A stretch of DNA of 60,588 nt, the filler included, from Platydemus manokwari (taxonomy: Eukaryota): assembly GCA_037951405.1 (NCBI GenBank). It is 4 parts of 4 records of this genome, joined end to end, with 100 filler letters (N's around TTAATTAATTAA, not from the genome) between each part and the next. Parts side by side here need not be neighbours in the genome. Positions count along the whole stretch, not along the records: positions 36,623 to 48,898 come from JBBMOY010215561.1; positions 48,999 to 60,588 come from JBBMOY010581106.1; 2 more parts are not named here. One strand, written 5' to 3'. Of this stretch, positions 39,909 to 52,600 are shown one piece after another. Numbering within the stretch: position 1 is the first letter of the stretch; each line of letters starts with the position of its first letter. The notes under the pieces were generated by a model. The model was not told where the DNA came from. It saw nothing but the letters and a program-made list of their open reading frames with translations, and did not search any database. The position numbers and the translations under genes were made by a program.

Positions 39909-42070
39909 TCAACGTCGGGGCTTCCGAATAAAAAAATATGGTCTCGTTTTTCTTTTCCGACGAGGCTTCTTGATGTCGGTGTGGAGAGCTTTTGAGTTGA
40001 GCTGTCCTCCATGGGCCGATGAATCACACATCGATTCATCACAATCGGCCAATATCGACGAATTGCCATTCTCTGTCGATCCCAGCACACGAGGTCTGCT
40101 CTTAACGAATATGTTGGACGTGTTGGGATAACGCAATGGAATATCTGAAAAGGGGACAGAAGAGCAAAACAAATCAAATCATCAAATCGATAATGTTTCA
40201 TGAAAACATTTTACCGAGAATTTTGCGTCGGCCACGCTTGATTGAATTGATAATTGTGGAGATTTCGAACTTCAATATTTCCTCTCCTGATCCAAGACAT
40301 ATTATTAATAAACAAGACCAACACATTCTCGAAATCTTACTGTGAAGATTTTCTAACAAAGCTTTAGCCTGAGAAAATGTTAGATAGCGCAAAAATGGTT
40401 TGAGATTTTCATTGATCATGCTGAAAAATAACATATCATTTTTAAACGAGGAAAATTGGTGGAAAATAATGAAAATTTCAATCGATTTAAGCGTTCCTCA
40501 TAGATTACAACACCGTAGCCATGGCAACATCGGTAACCAACGGCAACACACCATTATTTGACCTATCAAATCTAGTCATATTTCCCATTAAACATTATAA
40601 TAATCGTGATCATAATTAATTCAAGAATTGCTCGGAGTGGCGAGAATCTCGTCAAAACAACCCTCGCAGAAAACTTCACTGCTATCGTATTAACTAACAT
40701 GTTTGGAAATATTAAATCAATTAATCAATATTTGGGAAGGGATTTTCCCCAAAATTCCCTTCATTCAACAAAACAAAACCTACAAAGCATCATATGGTCG
40801 ATTACGAGCGGTATCGTTAGGACGAGATTTCTTGTTATTGCTCCTAGTAAAAGTCGTTTTATCATTGATTTTTGCCTGTCTTGGAGTCTTTGCAGGAGTC
40901 GATGAGAGCGTTTTTGGCGAGAGAATTGTGAATGGTTGGTTGCGAACAACTGATTCGCTCATGTCAGATTCGAGCGAATTGATCGATCTGGAGGTAAAAA
41001 GGCCTTTGGTCACGTTTTCATTCGAATTGTCCGACAGAATCGTCGGTTTCCAACGTTTATTCAATATACAAGACATAATTGGGCCGATCAGATCATGCTC
41101 GCGAGCGATCAATTTCCGTCGCTGGCGTTCTTTCAATCTTTGTGTATAAATGCCAACATGAGCGACTTTCAGAGCTAAACTTGATAAGTTCAGTTCATTA
41201 ATGTTGAAATCAATTTACCATCCAATAAATCATCTTTCACAAAATCTGGCTTCAATCGGCATAGAATACTCTCTGCATCATTATCGTAATCCTGAAAAGC
41301 TAATGTTGAATTCCATCGAGAATCATTATCAAAACTGCTCTTCATAATGAAATGAAAAAGAAATAAAATTTACCCTTTCGAAATCATCTCGTTTTGGCAT
41401 GTAACCTAAAGTAACTTGATCGTCCACCGACAGAATGCAAGGAGGCATTATTTCGTACAACGAAGGCGATAGTGTTGAATTTTCAACATTCACTGAATGA
41501 TCTGATACTTGGCATGTTTTCTGTCGAGATTTTCCAAGTAAATATTTCCCAATTGCACTGTTTATGTAATAATTAATATAATGATCTCGACATTCATCAG
41601 GTTGGTATGATTCGACTTTGAGAGAAATATCGTTCCTTTATTTGTCCAAAGTAAGTAAACTTAATAATTATTACACATTAGAATATTTACCAATTTCCTA
41701 CTCCATAAAGTTCAATAGCTTCTAATAATTTTATTTCATCTACAATACTCCAATTACTTTTTAAAAAAACTTCAGAATCTTTATTAAGCACCTAATTTTA
41801 ATTAATACGTGGGCATAATTAAATATGCATAGATTTTACTTTGACTGAATACAGATGATTTTTTTTATGCGTTCCTCCTTGAATTCCATAACTAAAGCAC
41901 TGTAAAGAAATAAATTCAGAAAATATATAATGAAAAAAGTAAATACATAAATATTAATATCTTACTGGAATACATAGTGCTATATTTTTGCATTCGATAC
42001 ATTGAATAAAATAAAAATTAAATGGTTTAAGACAATATGCGCAATAAAATTGATTTTTTTCTAAATTCAT
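39909..42070 (-). CDS. TADA2B: Transcriptional adaptor 2-beta (ADA2b, SAGA subunit), 9 exons, ~459 aa
   Basis: Exons 42070-41966, 41899-41840, 41791-41691, 41635-41374, 41291-41219, 41174-40784, 40420-40341, 40286-40215 and 40144-39909, GT-AG with consistent phases. ZZ finger (CAYC...CIEC...LCIPCFSYG...HKKNHLY), SANT (WSIVDEIKLLEAIELYGVGNWNDI...CRDHY) and ADA boxes (LGYMPKRDDFERDYDNDAE; LKVAHVGIYTQRLKERQRRKLIAREHDLI), which are ADA2b-like. Confidence 0.88.
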
Positions 42071-44292
42071 AGTATTAATTTCATAATATTACTCTTTGTA
42101 ATGGATAAAATTTAAACACAAATATTTAAATAAATCGTGTAAATAAAATATATTAAGTTATTGAAGTTTCTTATTTTCATTAAATATTAAAATTTTTGCA
42201 TTTTTTACTTTCAAAACTGGAAATGTATAAATTAAACTATTAACATCTGATAAATTTCTATTCACATTAATTATATATAAAATAAAGATTATATTTTCTT
42301 CAAATTATTTTAGAAATATCATCGAAAATAAAATTTCATTTGGAATTATTTTTAAAATAGAATTTTGTGTTCAAGCTTAAGCTTGTTTAGAAAATAAAGT
42401 AAAAGCTTTAAGAATTTTTTGTAAATATCAGGATTTCGGATGCATATTTACATCTATTTTTTAATGTAAGTATTTATTTGAAAATGATTAACTGAGTTAA
42501 TTGTTTCACGTAAAAACATTTATTTTCTTTTTAAAGCAATATTAGTATTTGTTTTCATCTCAAATCTAACATTTGATAATCAAAGTTTTGCAAAAAAACC
42601 TTGTGAGTTTATTGTAAAAACTAATTAATATATGTGTATTTCATTCATAAAATGAGACTGGAAATATATTCATTTAACAATCGATTTTGAATATTTTCTT
42701 TTATCAAAACCAAATATGGATAAATTAATATATCCAAAGATATATATAATGTGCAAAATGGAAAATTGATCAAGGCAGAAAAAAAGGTCTTCTTCCACTG
42801 CATAGTCCCTACTTGTTTTATTATGATAGATATGTTTAGTAAGCCTGTAAGTCTTACAACTGTTATTTATTGAATGCGAATTAAGCTTTATTATTAGTAT
42901 GAAATTTCCATTACGCTTTGAATTAAATTGCATTGGTTTTTGTTAATACAGTCAATTTATCTTAAAATCATTACAAATTTTGAAATACAGACATTGCGAT
43001 AGCACAATTGATGAAATTCACTTAATGAATAGAAATTTTAAAAATTATGAAACTCAAAAATAAATATAAAAAATCCAGTTTTCAAATATTCGACACACCA
43101 CAGAATTTAAAAATTAATAATAAATTACGAAACTTATGCTATTTATTAAATTTTATTCAAACCTTTGGAATTAGCAGGGTAAAAATTTTTAGACAATTTT
43201 AGCTTAGCAAAATGTTTTATTATAATATTGCACAATTAAATCGACAAAATAAAAACCTGAAATTAAATAAAGACTGACTTTACTTGAATCAAAATTAAAT
43301 CATTTGTTCGTCTTCCTAAACGATAACGTTCAAATGAGAATTGAAAGGCCCTACTAATCTAGAGTGGCTAAATATTTTTCTCCTGTAAATCTTCTCCAAC
43401 TGTGAGTTATTGATAGTGTGATCTTCTTAGTTTGGACATTCTGTTTGTAACTATGTGATGCATTTTATTTCTGACTCAGACATTATTTTCCCATGTATTC
43501 TTTATCTTATTTCTTATTATTTTCAAACAAATTGTATTTATCGTATTTATCGTTTAATGTGAATTCATAAACTTTTAATACACAAAAATCGATTTTTATA
43601 GACTTTACCAGATACATCAGGCTTAGATTAAGTTGCAAATTTATATACTTAAAGAATCTATATTAGAAATGCACACCCGTTCAGCATTTCAAGTTTAAGA
43701 ACAAAACTGGACAGGCTGCACAAACAAATGACTATTTATGACCTTGTAGACTTTTCAATTACATCATTGCAATAGGTAATAGCTATTCAGAGGAAATTTT
43801 TGACGGTTTGAAAAATTCAAATTTTAATTCAAGATGTGCTTCAATATTGATGGCTAGTGTAAGCCGCTACTATTTTAAAAAACACACATTAAAAACGAAA
43901 TCATAAGGTACGACAATAAAAATGAATTTAAATATAATTCAAATACAATTATCTAAACAAATCGATGTAATTTTAGATAGAATCAAATCTGTAAAGACTT
44001 AACTCAATTTTAATATTCTCACAACTAGGAAGGAACAAAATACATAATATTAATGTAAAATAATCTGTTATTCAAGTCAATTTATTCACTAACCTTTACA
44101 TTGATAAATAGAAATGAATAAAATCGATAAAAATATTATATAGTTTATTGGTTATAGAAAAGATTAAGCGAATAAATATGCCCAACTGGAAGAATTTGGA
44201 ATTTAATTAAATGGTTTGTTATAATCAATATTTGAGAATAATATTGCTAATCGACATCAACCAGGGTCATAGTAATAAACCTATACGCGATC

Positions 44293-45821
44293 TCAAAACT
44301 GTCTCAATTGAATTATGATATCGTGTTCCAGTGGTGCATGAATAAGTCCGTTTGTTCCATCTAATATCTCATCGAAATTCTTACTCGTTTTGGTTGGTAA
44401 TGAAATGTGAAATCTATGAATAATTTTGGATAGATAAAGAAAGATTTCCATCACGGCTATATTTTCGCCAAGACAGATACGCTTTCCAAGTCCAAACGGA
44501 ATGACAGCTCGATGTGGAATATAAATCGATCCTGATTCATCAAGAAATCTGTGAGAATCGAAAATTTCTGGATTTTTGAATAATTTCTCATCTTTCATAG
44601 TGGCATTGAAATCAATTAAAAGTGTGTCTGTAGATTTGACTTCATAATTTCGTATCGAACAATTCACAATTGATTGACGATTCAATCGTAAAATTAAAAT
44701 ACAAAATCTTTGAACTTCATCAATGAAAGAAAGAATCTTTGGACAACTTTTTCTCATTCCAAAATCAATACATTTATAATCATCGGCTAAGGAATGGATT
44801 TCTTTTTATAACTCTTCTTGTATATCTTGGTTTTGACCAAGTATTAAAAAGCTGAATTGTAAAAGTTTCGCAGAGGTATCCATTCCAGTAAAAATAAGCT
44901 CAAATATCATGCGGGATATATCATGAAATTTCTCTTTATAATCGATTTCTGGATTATCTTGGTGTCGATATAGCCTGAAATAATTAAATACGCTATTTGG
45001 TTTCAGATTTTCATTATCTGATTTAAGTTTTATATTGCATTTCTTTTCAATGTATTCCACGCACTGCTCTGTGCTTATCATGTATTGATCTACTTTATGA
45101 AATATTTTTCTCAAATAATTCACTGATAAAAGTTTGGAGAATAGCTCAAATAAATTGATGACGTCATACGAATGATAAAGGATTTCAATATTCTTTATAA
45201 AATTTTCAAATTCTGCATCATCATATTTGCTTTTTGAAAGGAAAACCAATTGACACATAACATTCTCCACTGATCTATCAAATATTTTTTGAATTAATCA
45301 ACGTGTCAGACTGTATTTCTTCTAAATATAAAAATAAATCATCGATTTCTTCACAAATTATGCTTTCTAATGACTCTGTAGTAACTGTCACCTCTTGAAA
45401 TGCTTTATATGACAATTTTCGGTTATCACTCCAGATTTTACCTTTTGAAAATATTACACCATGGTTTTCTGTTATTATATTTTCAAAATATATCATTGGT
45501 CTCCCGGCGAAAAGTTTACTATTATCAACAATAACCTCATTAATTATATCAATTGAAGCCAGAACAAATATTTTTTTATCACCCATATCGATTGACCAAA
45601 CATCGCCATATTTCTTCCTCATTTCCATGAAGTATTGATTTTCATATTTCGGAGTAAAATACTATTGAAACAATAACTGCATAATGAGAAAAGGTTTATT
45701 TCCAAAAAAATGGTAAACCTAAGGGTCCAGGTGGTACTTTCTTTCTCTTACAGTATTGTCTCACAAATAATACAGCTATAGCAATAAGAAATACAAAAAT
45801 AATTTTATAAATAATTTCCAT
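44293..45821 (-). pseudogene. Intronless cytochrome P450 (CYP2 clan), disrupted
   Basis: N-terminal anchor + PPGPLGLPFFG, KKYGDV, FAGRP, WSDNRK, I-helix TGMDTS, EVQR and heme motif PFGLGKRICLGE. Lesions: +1 in a T7 run (~45704-45710), in-frame TAG (~45662), +1 in an A6 run (~45285) and in-frame TAA (44806-44808). Confidence 0.85.
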
Positions 45822-48659
45822 TTGCCTAAACTACACAAAATTTAATGTTAATTCATGTTTCATATAGTTTATGCATCAATCTGCCTATCTGTACAACTAT
45901 TGGATTTTCATCTCTCAACGATACGAATTTTAATTTTAGTAAAAGTAATATATAAGGTTTGAAAATGTACATTTTGTCCAAACTCCTTCACTAAGATTAA
46001 AGAAATCAGACAAAAGCAACAATTTAAGTGTTTACCAATAATCAGTGTAAATTCAACTAAATCTTGAAATAAAATAAATCTTTGTAGCCATCTTTTATTT
46101 ATACAAGAAATAGAACATGTTTTGATAAATGTTAATTTGTGACCCATCAAAGAATAACAATTAATTATATAAATCAAAATAAGCTTCAATAATTATTACC
46201 AGAAGTCTCAAAAACGTAAAATGCTATAATGCTTCATTTAATTGAAGAATTAAAATTTTTATCTTAACGATGAAAACTTAAATTTAAAATGTCGAATAAG
46301 TTATATTGTATAAACATTAAATAAACAATCAGGTCACTTAATGACTGACAATTGAAATAAATGCATCAATATATGTATGATAAGACATGACAGTGCTCTA
46401 ATATTTACAAGTAAATTATAATACAAAAAGTTCATCAATAATCAGGAACCTTTGGATAATGAACTTTATATTTGCATTTTCATAAATTTTATTATTTTCT
46501 ACCAAAAAATATTAAATTATATTATCATCTAGTAAGTGAAACTTATAATGGCCTGAGTAACTGAACAAATATATGTCTAACAAGTGCTTCGGTTCCAACT
46601 TAAAGATACATTACAACAATGCTATAATTTGAAGGAATAAAATTCCCCTATACCTTGGACATTATATGAATGGGTCTTCAAAATCATACCGTTCTACATT
46701 TTTAAATTTTATTATTCTTTTAATATACACGAGAGAAAGAAACCATTTATATACTATTTATATTTATCATTTTTGAAAAAATATACTGTTCGATAATTTT
46801 TATAACATCTCTTACCATTAAAAAATTAAATAAATTATTAGAATAATAGGATACTTAGAATTTAAATCCTTCATAATATATGTAATGTCTTATATCATGA
46901 AAAGATATTATTGCCTGTTTCTTTGTTCACAATAATAAATTTTATAGTTATCAGATATGGAATCTTTATTAACATACTGATTGCTCAGATGGTACATGAT
47001 AATCAAAATATTTCATAATATTACCCATAGAATTCTAAGGAAATCATAAGTTAGATAATATACACAAGTCAGGCTTTAAAGGTCTTGAAAACCCCTTAAA
47101 AAATTGCCAGTTCAAAAAGAATAGATAAAAAATGATAAAAATAAAATAGTATTTAAAAAATATAAGAATCAAATGAAAGTGCATTCAAAAGGATACTTAG
47201 AATTTTAAAAATGTATTCGATTTGGTCACATAGGACACTCACATCAAGTTCTGCAAGTGTATAAACAGCCACAGACATTGTGAGCTGCTATTATCTTATA
47301 AAAAACGCATTGAAAACTAAAAGAAAATTTCACGACATCAAATTTTTAAATAAGTTAAGTTATAAGAACATTCCGTCATAATATTTATTCAAAAAACTAC
47401 AATAAACTGCCAATCAATTATTTAAACAAACACCACGTGTTTATTTATTTAATCACGTTACTAAATACAATTAATATAATTTTATATAAAATTTGGAGTA
47501 AATCTTTAAATTTTTTAATGAATTAAAAATTCACACGCCCATTTCTTTAAAATCTTTTATTTTCTTTGAATTCTTAATTCACTTTGTGTCGAATACTTCA
47601 CATATTTATTTACACAATAATTTAAATCAATTACAAATCCTCATAGACACAAAAACCAAAGTGAACAAAAGTTTAGAAAATAACAATAAAATAACAAAGT
47701 ACTTGAAGCAATAAAATGATGCAATTATTGTTACTATGATATGGAAGTTGTGAGCAAGTAATGTAGAAAGTAATGAAGTACAAAGAAAAACAACTTAGGA
47801 CTCAACAAGTAAAAGAAAATTAGAAGGACGAGTTAAAAATTTGTAAAAACTTTTGTAAAATGTTCTGCCACTTAATAAACACGATTAACAAAGGAAACAA
47901 GATACACTGGAGTTGTAGCACATAACATGAAACATATTGTCGAGGATACACTCAACCCAAACACTTTTTCAATAAATACTCGATCCAAACACTTTTTCAA
48001 TCAGTAAACACTTCTCAACCACCCAATTTTAAATAAATACATCAAACATTTCAAATCTTAGAACAACAATATCCTTATCCAATCAACCAATACATCAAAC
48101 TAAAAAAAAATCAATACAACCCAATCCAACCAAGCAATATATTAAATGCCCCAAAATTCAGTATAACCAATTAGATCATTCAAAAATCTATAATTCCAAG
48201 CTTAAGCAATTACCCAATGTTCGTTGAGACTCTTCTACAGAATTCCCAAACCCAAGCAAGTGTCAATATCCAAAATTCAATTGAATTATAATTCACATCC
48301 CAACATTAGTTGTGATAAATTAAAATTTTATTTTTGTGTTTTATTATTTGTTGTGAAAAATTAATACTTTGTGTGTTTTATTATCTTTATTCTTACTAGG
48401 TAATTACCGTGTTATAGCGTATGATAATGATTGTTAGTTTTTTGAGTCTTGAATATTCTTTTGAATTGTAAACTGGAGAGCGCGAGAAAGCGACACAAGA
48501 TTAAAATAAGAATAAGAAAATGGATAATAAATGGTACACGAGTAACAACAATACTATTAATAACAGCTATAAAAATAATATAATTATTATAATAACAAAA
48601 ACGTTTAAAATATTTATTTCTTTTTCGATATTCTTTATCAAACCAAAAATATAATCAAG

Positions 48660-48898
48660 AAGAAATTCCTTATTTCTTTAGAATGTTAATTTTTGGAAGA
48701 TCAGGTTGTGGAAAAACTCAATTATTTTTTAAATGACATGAGGATTTCTAAATTACGAAAATTAAATAATATTTTCAAAAACAATTTATCAAGAAGAATA
48801 TCAAATTTTATATCATGGTTTTAAAAAGGAATTATCAAAAGAAAGTATAATAAAAATATTTGAAAAACAAGACATGTTCCATAAGGACCTAACAATAA
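48660..48898 (+). mobile_element. Polinton/Maverick packaging ATPase (A32-like) fragment, truncated by the gap
   Basis: IPYFFRMLIFGRSGCGKTQLFFK* (Walker A in a FRMLIxGxSGxGKT context), then frameshifted IFSKTIYQEEYQILYHGF. Confidence 0.7.
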
Positions 48899-48998
48899 NN
48901 NNNNNNNNNNNNNNNNNNNNNNNNNNNNNNNNNNNNNNNNNNTTAATTAATTAANNNNNNNNNNNNNNNNNNNNNNNNNNNNNNNNNNNNNNNNNNNN
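48899..48998. other. Artificial assembly spacer
   Basis: 44 N + TTAATTAATTAA + 44 N. Confidence 0.95.
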
Positions 48999-49190
48999 TT
49001 TTCTTTATTTATTTATTTATTATTTATTTATTTTTTATTTTTTTTATTTTATTTATTTTATTTTATTTTATTTATTTATTTTTTTGTTTTTTTCAAATTA
49101 TTTTTTTTTAATTTTTTTAATGTTTACTTAATTTTAATTTTATTTTTTTATTTTTCTTTATTTTTTTTATTTATATATATATTTTTTAAA
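48999..49190. repeat. T-rich low-complexity tract ((TTTA)n-like)
   Basis: Almost only T and A, at the contig edge. Confidence 0.85.
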
Positions 49191-49985
49191 AAGGGGAGTA
49201 TCTTTTTTAATTTTTTTAAGGTGTGCACTATAATAGTCTTTTCCTCCTACTTATTTCAAAAACAGTCACCTCCATTTGGTTTTCCGATTTTTCTCTTGTT
49301 GATATTTAGTAGCGATCTACGTTTGCGAAAATTTTAATATTGTTTAATTTGAGTTTTCTTAAATAAATCAAATGGGTCATTCAATTATCCCTGTGTGACA
49401 CGTGTTATTGAAGCCATTTAGGACCAGTGAAAGCTTAATTAAAATCATTTCACTAAACAATATATTTAATAATAATAGCGTGAAAGATATCAAGAATAAT
49501 CAAATCCAGGTCTTCCAACCGATTAGGATAGTGTCTTAATGCATTCTAAGACGATTGAGAAATGTGCAAATTAGTTATTAGTTCGATAATATTTATGGAA
49601 TTTTTTTCGCCATGTTTGCAAATATTTGCTTTGCTGTGGTGTGTTAATAAGTTTCCAACGTGATATTTATATCGAATTTGTATTTGAAGAAATAACCTAA
49701 GGAATATCTTTGAAGAGCCAATTAAAATAATTAATAAAACAAAATAATAAAAATTAATTAATCAAATTTATTGAAAAGAATTTAAGTTGAAATGTTTTAA
49801 AAATAAAAATAAATAAATAAAACTAAAAGAGAATAATAATTATTAAAATGAAATTGATTTTCCTAAAAGTAAATATTTAAACAAAATAATATTAAAAAAA
49901 TAATAAAATTAATTATTTAAATAATTCAGTTTGTTTAACTGAATCAATTAGTTAAAAATGGTAAACAATTTCCGAGGTCAGAAAT

Positions 49986-50787
49986 TGTCACAAAATCAGG
50001 GCAGATGAAGACCAAATTACCAACTAGTGAAGTTGGTGAAAGACTGCCCTTTAACATGCCCTGGATACAATAAATCGGTGAAAGTGTTTCGATCGATTAT
50101 TGGATAAATAAATACCAATTAATAGAATTGGTGGAGAACAAGAACAGAATAATAATAGATTGGCTTACTGCATTGTGCTGCATTATATAAACAAAGGCAA
50201 TCCAATTAAGATTTGCCATTTCATTAAATTTTCGAGATCAGACCAGACAGTTTGATCGCTGCAATTAATCAGAAGAAGGAACATAACGAAATTCGAAGAA
50301 TTAATCAGGAAGACTAGAATCGCCAGAAGAATTAGTTATCGAGCCAGTGAAAATCAGAAAAAAAGATTATTGATCTATTGAATTATTGAATTGTTTGAGA
50401 AATAGAAATCTCTTGAATCAGGTTATTTGTTATTATTATTAATTAAGATTGTGATTTGTAACATTTGAGGAAATTGTTTCCCGAAAATTAGTAAAATATA
50501 AATTGTGAATAGAGGATATTCCTGAATAGTATTCCTGAATGTTGCACAGTCTAGTTATTAGTAAGACCAGGAGCAGCTTCTCGGCCAGTATTTCTAAATT
50601 TGTGTATGGACAAGTTCCGATTTTATTGTTAAACTTTTATTTAGGGGTTTAACCATTGATTGTAATTTTTGTGTAAAAAGTTTGTACTTTGTAGTGATAA
50701 TAAATCTTAGTGATCAACTTATCTTTTGGTGTTAGATATAATTAGAACACGATTATTTGTTGCGCTTGACACCAGGTTGTCCCGACA
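49986..50787 (+). mobile_element. Probable solo LTR
   Basis: TGTC...GACA termini, TATAAA at ~50186 and AATAAA at ~50699, non-coding. No TSD identified. Confidence 0.4.
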
Positions 50788-51179
50788 TGTAAATGCAATG
50801 ACTAACCCAATTCCCACAACGGGTCTACAATAAAACATTGGTGTAACTTAGTTATCTTAAGGATCCTTTCCTTTATTTTTAGCTTACGATGTGAGAAATT
50901 AGCACGTATTTCGTTATACGTCCTTTATATATTGCTTACTTTACAGAGTTGCCACTTTTACACTCATTATTTTATGATTAATGATTTTTTCATTTCCAAA
51001 ATAGCATATTTCTTCTTATTATTATTATTAGGTGTATTAGTATGATTCCGGCTTTTACAAAAATGAGTTAAAATTTGTATTTCAATGAATAAATTTAATT
51101 GTTATCATTTATTATTATCATTAACTAATTGATAAACACATCTCACTTTATTTAAATATATTTTGTTTAAATAATACAG

Positions 51180-51570
51180 CAATTTAAAATGATCGGGAGT
51201 AATTAAATGAAAACCAATGGTTATTCCTTCTTTTAATATTGTCAGTGAATGTTGTTTAGCGTTGGACACAGTTTTCCTAATAAGTCCCCAGAGCAAGAAA
51301 TCAGGCAGAATATTATCATAACTAACGGTTACCGAAAATGTCAGTAAATCGCTTACGACCGACTTTTCCATCATGCGTTGAGGTGCCATCATGTTTAAAA
51401 TAACCTTTTCTGAATATCAATTTGAGACGGTCGGGTAGAAGTTTTCTTTCAAAGTTATAATATTTGATTCGCTTGTGACAATGCAAATGAAAGAAAAATG
51501 ACCCAATTGTTGCATGATATCAAATTGCTTTCGAAACGGTTACTCCTGGAGTATTGGCATCATGTTCTAT
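51180..51570 (-). mobile_element. Tc1/mariner transposase remnant
   Basis: Minus frames NTPGVTV...IGSFFF, FKHDGTSTH (FQQDGAPxH-like), FGNR and PDFLLWGLIRKTV...SLTILKEGI (DFFLWGYLK-like). Confidence 0.7.
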
Positions 51571-52230
51571 ATATAATTATATATATTTATTCGTCGATTA
51601 TTATTGTATTGCTTTGTTGATACAATTAAGAATGTATCACTATTATGATCGTTATATTTATAATTATATTATTAATATTAATATTTTTTGTATGATTCTC
51701 ATTTAAAATTTTGAATTTTGTTTGTTAGTTCATTTAACTTTGTTATTGCTATCATTATTTTATAATTCATTATTTACCTATTATAATAATGGATACTAAA
51801 AATAGAATTAATTTATATATTGTGAAGCACATTCTGTCATGAAATCAAAATACAGTCACAATGGGTTCTCATGGTTACGTGATGAGTGTTAAATAAATTT
51901 ATGTGAAATAGTTGTGGGTTCGATGCTAACAATAAACGAGTTACGTATTCTTGCTTACATGCGACAATAAAAAGTAGAGAAGGTGAAAAAATTGGGTGTT
52001 GATTTTGACGAAAATCATTACAACTCTGTTATATTGATTTGTGATTCGTAAATCTACTCAAAACGATAAACTTTATTTATTTGATACTATGATTAGAGTG
52101 TTTAAAATAATTTCTTTTATGATCAATCTCTTACCATTTTCGTTATCAATACTAAGGACAACTTTTCTGTATAATATATCATGAATAGTCAATTTTATTT
52201 TTGCCCAGTCGAATTTTTTAAGCTCTATAG

Positions 52231-52600
52231 CAGTGATTCCCTAACTTTTCGGGCATACCACCTTCTTTTCAGAATAAATATTAATTAGCGCCCTCAAACT
52301 AACCCACATCAAATTTTTTTAACTTTTAGTAGCAATTTATATTTAGAGTCTATAGAATAAAGATACATTTCTTGAATTTTCTTGAATATTGTCGTATAAA
52401 AACAATTCTAAAATTCAGTTATGATTAGTGGAATACCAGACACTTCATGTACTCTCTTAACGAGTATTGGTTTGGAACACGTTTGTGATAACAGAGAAAA
52501 AGTTTCGGTATCTTGCCAATATTTCTTACACAATACTTTTATACTTATTTTTACATCAATCATTTTCAGTGGTTCGATCATCCAAAAATTTACCAATTCT
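52231..52600. mobile_element. Possible hAT element end with decayed transposase tail
   Basis: CAGTGATTCCCTAACTT (hAT-like terminus) directly after CTCTATAG (hAT-like target). The adjacent minus-strand ORF only weakly resembles a hAT dimerisation region. Confidence 0.3.

Noticed and set aside
39487-41149. Several 60-148 aa plus-strand ORFs
   Set aside because: They are antisense shadows of ADA2b exons and its 3' region, with no recognisable domains.
44806-45664. In-frame TAA and TAG in the P450 as a sign of stop-codon reassignment
   Set aside because: FREM1-like and innexin end normally in TAA, the long host ORFs have no internal stops, and the P450 also has frameshifts.
51860-51930. B-box-like GGTTCGATGC suggesting a tRNA or SINE head
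   Set aside because: No cloverleaf and no convincing A-box.
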